Assembly: GCA_951406725.2 (NCBI GenBank)
Contig: OX597825.1
Span: 23,498,001 to 23,562,000 of the forward strand
Direction: 5' to 3'
DNA length: 64,000 nucleotides
Origin: Octopus vulgaris
Lineage: Eukaryota
Shown: one piece after another, positions 13,249-25,996 of the stretch
Layout of the letters: every line of letters starts with the position of its first letter
Numbering within the stretch: position 1 is the first letter of the stretch
Notes under the pieces: generated by a model
Database searches by the model: none
What the model was told of the DNA's origin: nothing
What the model saw: the letters and a program-made list of their open reading frames with translations, nothing else
Made by a program: the position numbers and the translations under genes

Positions 13249-13607
13249 TATTATATAAAAAGTGAAGTGTATATTTTCTTTGTAAACTTTTCAAACTCAA
13301 AATATTACAATATATTATAAAAATAGTGGGGCATCAGCATGGTTGCAGCTCTGAGCTGAAACTACAGAAAAAAAAAAAATATATATGATAGCATAAAAGA
13401 TGCATGGACATAGATGCACCCCATCTATAGTGGTGCATATTCAGGAAAAAACAAAAAAAGTGTATTTAGTGCATTAAGGTATGTAATTTAGGTACAAATT
13501 TGCATAAAGGAACTAGGGTGGCTCTTTGAGACATTTTTTTTTTTTTTAAAGAATATGAACTTTTTTTTATGCCATCAAAAATCGTACATTGATTCCTTCT
13601 GTTGCAG

Positions 13608-13673
13608 AAACCCGAAGCATCTAAAGCCACAGCAGATTCCAATTTCTTTCTTCAGTCATTTTTCGACAAACAG
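13608..13673 (+). CDS. Internal 66-nt coding exon (C) of the same + strand gene
   Basis: Acceptor ttccttctgttgcAG; phase 0 KPEASKATADSNFFLQSFFDKQ; donor CAG|GTTTGT, phase 0. Confidence 0.75.
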
Positions 13674-13799
13674 GTTTGTGGAATTTTAGTTTATTTGCTA
13701 CATGTGATTTAATATGTTGTATGTTTATCTTTGAAATATTTTTATAAATATCGTCCAAGAGTTCAAAATATTGACTACGATAATGAGTTCAAACTAGTA

Positions 13800-14312
13800 C
13801 CGTAAATCCTCGAGTATAATCTGCATTTTTTCCCCCAAAATTTAAATGTCAAAATCCCTAGTGCGTTCTATATACGAGGTTGAAAATGAAAAATATTTTC
13901 TAAGCAATGTCCGAGTCTCTATTTGCTGTCCGGCAATCTTTATTCAGACGCATTTTGTGATGTCGAACGCGAAAATACCTTAAGCTAAGCCTGAAAGCAA
14001 TGAAGTCATAAAAGAATCATTCATAACTTGCAGTAAGCAACATATATTAAATGTTATTACTGTTATTTCTTTCTTTTCTGCAAACAAAATGCACAAAAAA
14101 GCTACACATTTGCATTATGTTATATGTACAATAATAATAAAGGACATTACTGTATACTGTTTTACAAACCAAGGACGTTATATAGACCTCCTTGTCTCAA
14201 ATTAGAGAAGGCATGCATATTATACACAAGGTTTAGGTTTTTCAGAGGTACAGCCCCCTAAAAATCCCCTGCGTATTATATTTAAGGGCGGACTATACTT
14301 GAGGATTTATGG
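13800..14312. mobile_element. MITE, Tc1/mariner-superfamily (Tc2/pogo-like), copy 1
   Basis: TIR CCGTAAATCCTCGAGTATA with TA target duplication on both sides; homologous to 39493-39970 in the opposite orientation. Confidence 0.85.
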
Positions 14313-14408
14313 TATTCACAAATTGCATTGTTTGCTTCTCATAGCAAATTTCCAGCTAAATTATCATTTGAAAACAGATTCCATTCTTTGTTTAGTGACT
14401 AACATAAT

Positions 14409-14600
14409 TGTATTTGATAGCATAAACGACACACGGGTATATTAGACACACCCCAATTTTAGTAATGTATATTTAGGAAAAAATAGTTTTTCATGTATTA
14501 AAGCTTATGGGAGGTTCAATTTTACATATAGGTCTAGATGTGATTATTTGATTATTAGTTTTTTCTTGAAGAAATTTGTGTTCTGTGCTATCAAATACAG
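14409..14600. mobile_element. Old small MITE (related degenerate copy at ~13380-13576)
   Basis: TIR TGTATTTGATAGCA ... TGCTATCAAATACAG followed by TA; body similar to 13380-13576. Confidence 0.5.
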
Positions 14601-15421
14601 TAAGGAAAATTTCCACACTTTGTAAAAAAAATGAGGTCTTTGAACAATTTATCTAAATATTTAAAGTGCCAGTGACATGTAAAAACCACCTGCTATACTC
14701 TCAGAGTGGTCGGCATTAGGAAGGGCATCCAGCCATAGAAACCTTAATAAATCAGATTGGAACTGGGTCCAGTCCCCTGGCTTACTAGTTTTTCAGTCAA
14801 ACCGTCCAACCCATGCCAACATGGAAAGCGGATGTTAAATGATGATGATGATGATGATGATGATGAAGAAGAGCTACTCAGCCCTTGGTTTTGTTTTCCT
14901 TTCTTTTCTACATGTTGTCTTGCCTATTCCAATGAATGCCATCCAGTGGAATTTTAACATCTGATGATAATTTCTCAAGCTGGGAAAACAAAATTCATGT
15001 AATACTTGCTGGGACAAGGGTGGTTTATGGAAAGATACTATTCCAGATTAAAATTTTGTAAGAGTTATTGCTTTATTTTACAATTTATTTCTAATATCGA
15101 ATGTCAGAGATTATATTAAAATAGTTCTGTTTGGTTATTCTAGCATCAGATGTTTTCACAGGGGAATTAATTGAAAGTAGTTTTTTTCATTGTATTATCT
15201 AAAGAAAGCAATGACAAACCATTTTGAGATACTAAACTAGCTCACAGTTTAACCTTTTCTTTACTGTATTTAGTTTGAGATGCTCTGTGTTTCTGTCGAT
15301 TAATTTTAAATATAACAAAGAATTTAGTAAAATAACTCAGTTATCATTAAGCTGGTGTTAGGAGCATAAATTGTGACTAAGGTTTGGTGGAGGATTTTAA
15401 TTCAAAACTTACGTAAAGTAT

Positions 15422-16035
15422 TAGGAGTGGCTGTGTGGTAAGTAGCTTGCTTATGAACCACATAGTTCCGGGTTCAGTCCCACTGTGTGGCACTTTGGGC
15501 AAGTGTCTTCTACTATAGCCTCGGGCTGACCAAAGCCTTGTGAGTGGATTTGATAGACGGAAATTGGAAGACGCCTGTCGTATATATGTATGTATGTATA
15601 TATATATATATATATATATATACATACATACATATATTTGCCTAATATTTGATTTGCCTAATAGTGGTTTAATCTCTAATTTAATATAATATATATATAT
15701 TTATACTATAAAATTAGATTTAATCCTAAATCTAATTTTTCCCTGTAAGTTTGGATTTACTCCCTAATATTTACTCCCTAATATTATTATTATATATATA
15801 TATATATGTGTGTGTGTGTATATGTTTGTATGTCTGTGTTTGTCCCCCCAACATCGCTTGACAACCGATGCTGGTGTGTTTATGTCCCCGTAATGTAGCA
15901 GTTTGGCAAAAGAGATCGATAGAATAAGTACTAGGCTTACAAAGAATAAGTCCTGGGGTTGATTTGTTCGACTAAAGGCAGTGCTCCAGCATGGCCACAG
16001 TCAAATGACTGAAACGAGTAAAAGAGTAAAGAGTA
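15422..16035 (+). mobile_element. SINE family A, full length, with an AT-rich insert in the central (TA)n
   Basis: Complete head and GACTGAAACGAGTAAAAGAG tail; extra ~150 bp at 15640-15790. Confidence 0.85.
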
Positions 16036-16228
16036 AACAAAACAGAGGTAGTTTTGGCCGAGTTGGTATCAAAAGAGTTAAGATATCAAGTGGTAAAAAA
16101 ATCATTGCTATTTCTGAAAGATTTCAAGAGCAGATAACATGAGAAGTTGACTACATGTACTTTAAAAAGTAAGTCTCACAAATTTGAATTGGCAATGTGA
16201 TGAATTATTTACTGTTTAATAATTAGAG

Positions 16229-16600
16229 ATCATCATCATCATCATCGTCATCATCGTTTAACATCCTTTTTTTCCATACTGGCATGACTTGGACGGTTTG
16301 ACTGGGGACTGGCAAGCTAGGAGGCCGCACCAAGCTCCAATCTGATCTGGCAATGTTTCTACAGCTGGATGCCCTTCCTAATCCCAAGCACTCCGAGAGT
16401 GTAGTGGGTGCTTTTTACGTGCCACCGGTACGGGAGCCGTTTAGGTGGCACTGGCATTATCCACGATCGGAGGGTGCTTTTTACATGTCACTGGCACAGG
16501 AGCCAGTTGGGGCAGAGGGGCTGGCATTGATCATGTGCTGATGGTGCTTTTTATGTGCCACCGGCACAGGAGCCGGTCGGGGTGGTGGAGTGGTTCTGGC
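16229..16600 (-). mobile_element. RTE-type LINE 3' UTR with (GAT)n tail
   Basis: Reverse-complement of the same 3' end, with three internal GGTGCTTTTTA(C/T)..CACCGG repeats. Confidence 0.65.
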
Positions 16601-16699
16601 ATCGATTGCTATATATATATAAAGATATTAGCTCCCGTTTACCCACCCCACAAATAGAAAACCCACATAATTAAAAATGTATAATTTCCCTATACACAC

Positions 16700-16739
<40 letters not shown>

Positions 16740-16989
16740 AATTGAATAATGGTAACTTATTAATTTACAGATAAATTTCCTCTATTTACATAATATTGAG
16801 GTCTCTTTCTTTTGTTATCTTACCGATGATGATGATGATGATATACATATTGAAGGCAGTATATTCAAATACGCCCACATACATTAGTGACAGCAAATTA
16901 CAGAAAGACACCCATAGACAAATGCATATATTTAGCTATAATAGATTTACATTTAGATTTGCACCTACACAATTTTAGGAAATTCTTAT

Positions 16990-17780
16990 TATCATCATTC
17001 TAATAGTCCTATTGTTAATGTCTTCTCACACTAGATAACTCATCACGAATCTGTGTATTTAGAATGTGTGTTGTGTTGTGTTTTCTGAAATTGTATTTAG
17101 AGTATTGGACATGTGCACAATGTTTAGTACTGCTGTTGTCTGTATGTTGTTATGTGTTGACGTAGGTACTGGTGATTTGGATATATAATTGTCTATACTT
17201 CATTTTATTATCTCCTCAAGTCATCTATCACTATTATGAAGATTGCATCGCTTTTACATTCTGGATATGTTTATTTCCAAATCTTACCGAAAATGGTTAG
17301 TTTTCCCATTTCTTTCAGAGAGATACTCTTGGCTGCTGGAATTAATGTGTTAAAAGACATTTTGTCTGATGTTCTTGGGCAATAATACATTTGATGATTT
17401 GCCACAAAACACCCACTCTCTGTAAACTAGCACATTTCAGAGTATATTATGAGAACTTTTGGGGGTTTTCCATAATGTAGGTTGCATTTGCTTCTGGTAT
17501 TTGAACATTCTGACTCTATTGTATTTGTTCATTATATTCTGTTTTGAGTAGCCAGGATATGATGTGATTATTTCTTCCTCCATCTATGTTGCTACTATCT
17601 TTTGCATGGTTCTAATGGAATGGTTTTAGTCTTGTGCCACGATCAGCATGGCACAATTGTGGGCACAGTTTCAACATGATTATTCTTTTATTTGATTTTA
17701 TTGAGCCTTATCTAGATATTGGTCAAGAAAGGTTCTTTGTTTTTTTGCCAGTGTTCTAGTATGACATTTTAATCATTCTC
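16990..17780 (-). mobile_element. Very decayed Penelope-like (GIY-YIG C-terminal) remnants
   Basis: - strand residues WRKK.NHIISWLLK, RSKCNL, NSSTKHCA and LNT..RDELSS..RH resemble PLE endonuclease C-terminal motifs; heavily frameshifted. Confidence 0.35.
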
Positions 17781-17934
17781 TAATCATCTGTTTTTCTTAA
17801 TTTTTGTTGTTGCTTCACTATCTCCCCACCCCCTGCAACTGTTTGACATCCTGTCTGTTTCGTATCTGTTGCTTTCACTACAAGATAGAATTAAGTTTTC
17901 TTTTATTGACGTTTTGAAGAAATCTTTGAACTAA

Positions 17935-18280
17935 TAATAAGCATGCCCAGCTGACAATAAGGTATGCGATAAGGAAGAAAAAAAAGTCTATAGATATGAC
18001 AGGTTAGCTTGGGAGGTTAAGTAGTTGTGGTCAATGAAAACGGTGGTAGTAGTACCAATAACAGTGAGTAAAATTCTTGAGAAGTATATGGAATTAATAG
18101 GGGCTGCAATAAGGGTGGAGCACTCGCAGAAAACAGCACTGCTTGGAACAGCTCAAATACTCCGGATGGTGCTCAAAAAATAAAGGGTGTTACCTTAGTT
18201 CACTGGTAGTGAACAGCTGGCACCGTAGTACATCTCCAGTGTTAGAAGCTGTACAAAAACAATAAATAATAATAATAATA
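17935..18280 (+). mobile_element. R4/Dong-like (restriction-like endonuclease) LINE 3' end
   Basis: LAWEVK.LWSMKTVVVVP...EHSQKTALLGTAQILRMVLKK* followed by a short UTR and (AAT)n tail. Confidence 0.7.
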
Positions 18281-18494
18281 CTTTCTACTATAGGCACGAG
18301 GCCTAAAATTTTGGGGGAGATTGCTAGTCAATTACATTGGCTCCAGTGTTTGACTGGTACTTATGTTTTTGACCCTGAAAGGACGAAAGGTAATGTAGAC
18401 TTTGGTGGAATTTGAACTCAGAACATAAAGATGGATGAAGTGCCGCTAAGCACTTGGTCTCACATGCTAATGATTCTGCCAATTCACTGCCGTT

Positions 18495-18862
18495 TTCTTT
18501 TATTCTTTTACTTGTTTCAGTCGTTTGACTGTGGCCATGCTGGAGCACCACCTTCAGTTCAACAAATCGACCCCAGGACTTATTCTTTGTAAGCCTAGTA
18601 CATATTCTATCAGTCTCTTTTGCCGAACCGCTAAGTTACGGGTATGTAAACAGACCAGCATTGGTTGTCAAGTGATGTTGGGGGGACAAACACACACACA
18701 CATACAACGGGCTTCTTTCAGTTTCCGTCTACCAAATCCACTCAAGGCTTTGGTCGGCCCAAGGCTATAGTGGAAGACACTTGCCCAAGGTGCTACGCAG
18801 TGGGACTGAACCCGGAACCATGTGGTTGGTAAGCAAGCTACTTACCACAAAGCCGCTCCTAC
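18495..18862 (-). mobile_element. SINE family A
   Basis: Reverse-complement match to the 24366-24750 copy. Confidence 0.85.
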
Positions 18863-19283
18863 ACAATGATAATACCAAAAATAATAATGGTTTCAAATTT
18901 TGGCACAAGTTTTGAAGGGAGGGGGAAGTCGACTACATTAACACCAGTTTGCAACTGAAATTTATTTTATTGACCCCCAAAAGAGTGAAAGGCAAAGTTG
19001 ACTTCTGTGGGGTTTGAACTCAGAGTGCAAAGAGCCAGAAGTTTTGCCACTGAGCATTTTGTCCAATGTATTAACGATTCTGTTAGCCATGTCACTTTAA
19101 TACTCCTTTCGACTATGGGTACAAGGCCTGAAATTTTGTGGCAAGCGGGATAATCAATTACATCAACTCCAGTGCTTAACTGGTACTTACTGTATGGACA
19201 GGGTGAAAGGCAAAGTCAACCTTGGCAGAACTTGGAAGTGGACAAAATGCTAATGATTCTACCAGCTTGTTGCTTTCACCACC

Positions 19284-19337
<54 letters not shown>

Positions 19338-19339
19338 TA

Positions 19340-19848
19340 ACTGATTGGAAGTGTTATCATGTACATTGTTTTGTCTTGGTATAAAAGTTGGGCTACAGCA
19401 AATATTCTGCTCAATACCACAGATTTGCTTGTCAGTTGTTTGACCTTAACCAGTTGAGCATGTCCCTTAGTGGCTGACGATATGTGCATCTCTGATCACG
19501 AGCAGAAGTAGTGGGGGAGCATCATAGCCATGTGTTGAGAGGGATTCTTTGGGGTTTGAATAATTCACCTCTGGAAACATGGATGGTTCTTTCAACATCC
19601 TTAAACAACCCTTATTCAGGGATTGTTTGAGCGTGATGGGCTACTCAACCTGAAGAAAATTCTAACTGGGCCCCACCTGCAAGGTCATGTGCTGTTTATC
19701 TTGATATGAGATCACCATGTCGCACACATATGGTTGTGATGCATGTGCCTGGTGTGCCCTTATCAGACGGGTGGTCATGATGGGTATATTGGGCTTCGTA
19801 TATTTTACCCCAGTGTCACTTTGATGGCATGAACTGCTCTCTCACTCA
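19340..19848. mobile_element. Unclassified ~510-bp element embedded in (AAT)n; probable 3' end of a (TAA)n-targeting retroelement
   Basis: Complex sequence with higher GC than its flanks, bounded on both sides by (AAT)n; no ORF. Confidence 0.4.
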
Positions 19849-20108
19849 ATAATAATAATAATAATAATAATAATCATGATGATGATGACGATGACGATGA
19901 CGACCACCACCACCACTATCGTTTAATGTCTGCTTTCCATGCTAGCATGGGTTGGATGGTTCGACCGGGGTCTGGGAAGCAAGGAGGCTGCACCAGGCCC
20001 AGTCTGATCTGGCAGTGTTTCCTAACGCCAGCCACTCCGTGAAGGGCATCCAGCTATAGAAACACTGCCAGATCAGACTGGGCCTGGTGCAGCAATAATA
20101 ATAATAAC

Positions 20109-20149
<41 letters not shown>

Positions 20150-20159
20150 TAATAATAAT

Positions 20160-20620
20160 AGATTCATAGACAACTGATTTCAAAGCATTGAACTAAAAGC
20201 CGAATGGAACATCAAATTTTAGTTGTGCAGGATTACTGCCAAAACCATAAATATCTATAAAGATGAAATGATAAAGGAAGAAGCTAATGTCAAGAGGAAA
20301 TTGTATAATTAGTTAAATGAGACGACATGGCTACGTCATTTCTGTTTCCTAATTGTTGCAAAGTGTGAGTAAGTTGGCAGACACAATCCAGTCAGCAGTG
20401 GTGTGTATTGGGCAAGATATTGAAGGTTCGGTGTGAAGTGGTATGAACATGTACCTGATATGGTAGTGCATGACAACCACCTATTCTACAGTCATCTGGG
20501 ACATTTTTGTCGAGTCTGTCAAGGAAATCAAAGCAAACTTCTAGATATAAGAGATCAAAGACATCGTTTTTATTGGATTATTTCTTGAAGCTTAGGTTGG
20601 CAAAGTTTCTCTCCGGGATT
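20160..20620 (+). mobile_element. Highly decayed REL-type LINE fragment next to (AAT)n
   Basis: Residual RHNPV...VYW...KWYEHVPDMVV motif typical of the region upstream of the REL domain. Confidence 0.45.
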
Positions 20621-21004
20621 AACATCAGAAGCAGTTTTTATTATAATCTTTAACATCATTACCATCATCATCATCATCATCATTGTTATTGTTATTATTA
20701 TTATTACTGTTATTTACTTTTAACCTGCATGTTTGCTACAATGATTTGCCGAAACACACCCAGCATCCTAGGGTGGGTTAAGGATAAGAAATGTTAGAGT
20801 ATGACTGAAAGCTTGAGGAGGGGAAGTGGCTGAGGCAGTAGCGAAATATCTTCTTGTAATACAACACAGACATTTGAATTGATAGGGTTTTTCTAAGGAT
20901 GTGAGCAGTACTTGTCAGCACAATCATTTGGATTTCTCTGAATCATGGTGCTCCTGGGATGTTATCTAGATGTTTTTGACATCCCCCCTTTTTTTATCAT
21001 ACCT

Positions 21005-22169
21005 AGGGCATCCCATTGCATGATAGTTCCACCTCTCATATGAGAATCCCTTCAGAGTCATCTGAAAATTTAAAGCAGGCTCACCTTTTAATTATTGATG
21101 AAGCATCAATGTTATCATGCAGTGCTCTGAGAGCCATTGATCTGCTGCTGAGGCAAATTATGAATTTTCCCAGACCATTCAGTGGAAAAGTGCTGCTACT
21201 TGGTAGGGACTTCAGACAAACTGCACCTGTCATCCCAAGAGGATCCAATGCAGGAGTAATCGAGTCCTCAATTAAGCAATCTCCACTCTGGCATTTCATA
21301 ACAAAACTCAGTTTGCCAGAAAATATGTGAATGGCTGGACAAGATGACTTCAACAGGTGACTCTTAGAGGTTGGAAATGGAACTCTCCCCAACAATGAAG
21401 AGCTGAAAGAAAACCTCATAGAAATTCCCCAAAATATGGTATCTACAAATAACAATGCTAGAGAGGTTTTTGGGGAAGAATTATTGCTAGACAATGATGA
21501 AGCAGTTGAAAGAGTGTCATCGACAATCATTGTGACACCCAAAAATAAAGATTGTCTTCACATAAACACTGACATAATGTCATTATTGCCTGGTGAGAGG
21601 CAACAGTCTGCAGAAGCATTGACTCCATTCTTGAAGAAAATAACGAAGCTGTTATACATTATCCGGCAGAGTGTTTAAATTCACTGACACCTTCTGGGAT
21701 GCCACCTCATATACTGACCTTGAAGAGGCATTCGATAGTCATGTTGCTAAGGAACCTGAACCCAATGAGAGGTTTATTCAATGGGACCTGGATCTGAGTA
21801 CTGTCCATCAAGGATTTTGTCATTCATGAAAAATACTTAGTGGAAGTAAGAAAGAAGAGGCCTTTATTCTGTGCTTCAACCTCCATCCCACTGAGACAAA
21901 CCTTCCCTTTAGTATGAGTAGATGACAGTTTTCCGTTACCCTAGCATTTGCAATGTCTATAAACAACTCAGAAGGGCAGAGCCTTAATAATGTTGGCATC
22001 ATCCTACCATCACCAGTGTTCAGCCATGGAGAACTCTGTGTTGCATTGAGTAGAAGTAGAAGCAGAAATCATATTAAACTGTTTGGTAAAGGACCATCCA
22101 AAACAAGGTGAACTCATTGGTGGTGGGCTTTGCACTAGAAACGTGGTGTTGAAACAGTTATTAAGATAA
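21005..22169 (+). pseudogene. Decayed PIF1-family helicase fragment (Helitron RepHel-type)
   Basis: Motifs LLIIDEASML, GKVLLLGRDFRQTAPV, GMPPHILTLK...VMLLRNLNPMRGLFNGT, FPVTLAFAMSINNSEGQSL, PVFSHGELCVALSR, TRNVVLKQLL; interrupted by stops and frameshifts. Confidence 0.85.
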
Positions 22170-22459
22170 AGGTTTTTAATCTTTTCATTTTATTTTCCGT
22201 ATAATTTTCATGGTAATAACAACAACAATAATTAATTTTCAGTATCATCTTTCAATTCTGTTTCCATTTCTTGTCGAGTGTCTTCCTGACACCTAGGGCA
22301 GAGAAAGTCACTGTATACATTGGTAGGCCATTAAAATAAACACACCAGATTGTTCATTTACATAATCATGTGATAGAGAAAGAGGGGCAGAAAGACAGAG
22401 ACAAAGGAAAAAAAACAAAAAAAGTAAACAAATAAATTAAAGGAGAAAAAAGAAAGAAA

Positions 22460-23050
22460 AGTCACAGTGACAATGCTCTTCTCAGTACATGTGATGTACT
22501 TGTTCAGACAATCTTTTGCACTTTCTGCATGGATGGTATGCCATGGTATGCATAAGGTGGCGAGCTGGCAGAAATGTTAGCACGTCGGGCGAAATGCTTA
22601 GCGGTATTTCGTCTGCCATTACGTTGTGAGTTCAAATTCCACCGAGGTCAACTTTGCCTCTCATCCTTTCGGGGTCGATAAATTAAGTACCAGTTACGCA
22701 CTGAAGTCGATGTAATTGGACTTAATACCTATGTCTGTTCTTGTTTGTCCCCTCTGTGTTTAGCCCTTTGTGGGTAATAAAGAAATAGGTATGCCAAGGG
22801 ATTATTCTTAAATAATTTTCACTTCCTTTTTTTGATCATTCCAAGTGCTCTTACAATCACTGGTATTTTAACTGTCTTGAGATGCCACATATTTTCAATT
22901 TTGATTAGTAAATCTTTATATTTTCTGAGCTTACCAAATTCTTTTGCCAAGATATTATGGTCACAGGGTATGCTCATGTCAATCAATAAACAGACTTTAT
23001 TGTTTTGGTCTTTCACAACAATGTCTGGTTTATTTGCTTTGATGGTCCAG
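22460..23050 (-). mobile_element. R4/Dong-like REL-endonuclease LINE fragment (SINE inserted at ~22555-22787)
   Basis: ANKPDIVVKDQNNKVCLLIDMSIPCDHNILAKEFGKLRKYKDLLIKIENMWHLKTVKIPVIVRALGMIKK: PD-(D/E)xK REL motif with KxxKY. Confidence 0.8.
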
Positions 23051-23139
23051 TCTGCACATAATGGAGGGTCCCAAAGAATTGTTACATTTTGTTATTATGA
23101 TCATCATTATCATTATCATTATAATTATTATTATTAAAA

Positions 23140-23770
23140 TAGTGAGCTGGCAGAATTTTTACTGTGCCAGATTAGTGCTTTGTGGCATTTATTCCATCTT
23201 TATGCTCTGAGTTCCAGTTCCACCAAAGTTGACTTTTATTGACTTTTTGGAGTTAATAGAATACGTATCAGTTGGCGTATTGAGGGTAGCGAGCTGGCAG
23301 AAACGTTAGCACGCCGGGCGAAATGCTTAGCGGTATTTCGTCTGTCTTTACGTTCTGAGTTCAAATTCCGCCGAGGTCAACTTTGCCTGTCATCTTTTCA
23401 GGGTCGATAAATTAAGTACCAGTTACGCACTGGGGATCGATGTAATCGACTTAATCCGTGTGTCTGTCCTTGTTTGTCCCCTCTGTGTTTAGCCCCTTGT
23501 GGGTAGTAAAGAAATAGGTATTTCGTCTGTCTTTACATTCTGAGTTCAAATTCCGCTGAGGTCGACTTTGCCTGTCATCTTTTCGGGGTCGATAAATTAA
23601 GTACCAGTTACGCACTGGGGTCAATGTAATCGACTTAATCCTTTTGTCTGTCCCTGTTTGTCCCCTCTCTGTTTAGCCCCTTGTGGGCAATAAAGAAATA
23701 AGAATACGTATCGGATTGATGTAATAAACTTGTCCCTCTCCCAAAATTGCTGGCCTTGTGCAACAATTTG
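23140..23770 (+). mobile_element. Old family-B SINE with a young family-B dimer nested inside
   Basis: Dimer ~23284-23700 flanked by an AGAATACGTATC duplication; dimer junction AAAGAAATA|GGTATTTCGTCTG. Confidence 0.8.
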
Positions 23771-23830
23771 ACATCATTCTTACTACCACTGCTGCTGCTG
23801 CTACTACTACTACTACTACTTCAATTACAG

Positions 23831-23933
23831 GATCAGAATGCAGAATCATTTGGAACATCAATGTTTTCACAATCAAAAGAAGACAATAATACCGATGGAC
23901 AAGGCATTTTCTCTGGTTTCTCACAATTGTCAG
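23831..23933 (+). CDS. Internal coding exon (D) of the same + strand gene
   Basis: Acceptor caattacAG; phase 0 DQNAESFGTSMFSQSKEDNNTDGQGIFSGFSQLS; strong donor CAG|GTAAGA, phase 1. Confidence 0.85.
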
Positions 23934-24128
23934 GTAAGATAGATGATGTGTGTGTGTGTGTGTGTGTGTGCATGCGAGATTGTGTATGCATGCACACATG
24001 TATGTGTGTATTTATTTATTTATGTATGTATGTTTGTACGAACGTATATATATATGTATGTATGTATATGTATGTTTGTATGTATGTATATATATATGTA
24101 TGTTAGTAAGTATGTATGTATGTATGTG

Positions 24129-24175
<47 letters not shown>

Positions 24176-24365
24176 TATGTTTGTATGTATGTATGTATGC
24201 ATGAAGCTAAGGCTGCACTTAAGAATGAGGACGGTTTACTGAGAAGTAGACATTGGATCTTGGTGCAGCCGTCTGGCTTGTCAGTTCAAGTCAAATTGTC
24301 AAAACAATGCCAGCATGGAGGAATGGAGGAGGTTACATGCTAATAATGAATATTATATATATATA

Positions 24366-24750
24366 GGCGTAGGAGTGGCTGTGTGGTAAGTAGCTTGCTT
24401 ACCAACCACATGGTTCTGGGTTCAGTCCCACTGCATGGCACCTTGGGCAAGTGTCTTCTACTATAGCCTTGGGCTGACCAAAGCCTTTTGAGTGGATTTG
24501 GTAGACGGAAACTGAAAGAAGCCCGTCGTATATATGTGTATGTTTGTGTGTTGTGTTTGTCCCCCCCCCCCAACATCGCTTGACAACCAATGCTGGTGTG
24601 TTTACATCCCCGTAACTTAGCGGTTCGGCAAAAGAGACCGATAGAATAAGTACTAGGCTTACAAAGAATAAGTCCTGGAATCGATTTGCTCGACTAAAAG
24701 GCGGTGCTCCAGCATGGCCACAGTCACATGACTGAAACAAGTAAAAGAGT
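24366..24750 (+). mobile_element. SINE family A, full length
   Basis: Head GGCGTAGGAGTGGCTGTGTGG, central (TG)n, tail GACTGAAACAAGTAAAAGAG. Confidence 0.9.
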
Positions 24751-24847
24751 ATATGTGTGTGTGTGTGTACATTTTTCTGTGAAGGTTTTTTTTTTTGGTA
24801 AGCAGCATTGATTTTTACAATCTGTAAAAAAATAATTATGGCATTTT

Positions 24848-25053
24848 ATAAGGTTCAAGCTTACAAGCAATCACTGTGCAATGACTAACGAAAATAGTCT
24901 AATAAGGGGGCATGTAAGCCCTTGACAGAAAAAAGTAGGTTTTCCTGTACACATACAAAATCCTACTTTTCTCTGTCAAGGGCTTATATGCCCCCTTATT
25001 AGACTATTTTCGCTAGTCATTGCATGATGATCGCTTTTAAGCTTTAAACTTAT
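24848..25053. repeat. ~200-bp imperfect palindrome (foldback/MITE-like)
   Basis: Arms of ~95 nt, e.g. AAAATAGTCTAATAAGGGGGCAT / ATGCCCCCTTATTAGACTATTTT, with a short loop. Confidence 0.85.
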
Positions 25054-25060
25054 GTGATAT

Positions 25061-25109
<49 letters not shown>

Positions 25110-25119
25110 ACATATATTT

Positions 25120-25275
25120 TGCTTCTTTTAGTCATTAGACTGTGGCAATGCTGGAGCACAGCCTTAAAGAACTGGACTTAGGTGTTTAAGCCTGCTACTT
25201 CTCTCAGTGTCTTTTGCCAAACTGTTAAGTTATGGGGACATAAACAAAGCAACACCAGTTGTTAACAGTGGTGGA

Positions 25276-25347
<72 letters not shown>

Positions 25348-25535
25348 ACACATGCACACACACACATACACACGTGTGCACACATGTATACACAATGGGC
25401 TTCTTTCAGTTTCCGTCTGCCAAATCCACTCACAAGGTTCTGGTCTGTCCAAGACTATAGTAACAGACACTTGCCCATGGTGCCACACAGTAGGACTGAA
25501 CCTAGAACCATATCTCCGAGAAGCAAGCTTCTTCT
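25120..25535 (-). mobile_element. SINE family A (older copy)
   Basis: Reverse-complement match with expanded (CA)n. Confidence 0.8.
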
Positions 25536-25582
25536 ATACACACACACACTTATATAGGCATATATATATATATGTATATACA

Positions 25583-25996
25583 AGCGTAGGAATGGCTGTG
25601 TGGTAAGTAGCTTGCTAATGACCCACATGGTTCTGAGTTCAGTACCACTGTGTGACACCTTGGTCAAGTTTCTTCTACTATAGCCTTGGGCCGACCAAAA
25701 CCTTGTGAGTGGATTTGGTAGACGGAAACTGAAAGAAGCCCATCATATATATATATATATATATATATGTGCATGTGTGTGTGTATATGTTTGTGTGTCT
25801 GTGTTTGTCCCCCCCAACATCGCTTGACAACCAATGCTGGTGTGTTTACATCCCCATAACTTAGTAGTTTGGCAAAAGAGACCAATAGAATAAGTTCTAG
25901 GCTTACAAAGAATAAGTCTTGGGGTCGATTTGCTCAACTAAAGGGGATGCTCCAGTATAGTCACAGTCAAATGACTAAAAGAGTAAAGAGTAAAAG
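25583..25996 (+). mobile_element. SINE family A, full length
   Basis: Complete head and tail. Confidence 0.85.

Noticed and set aside
18525-18770. Recurrent ORFs such as MLEHHL.../[24 protein letters not shown]...
   Set aside because: Translations of family-A SINE copies.
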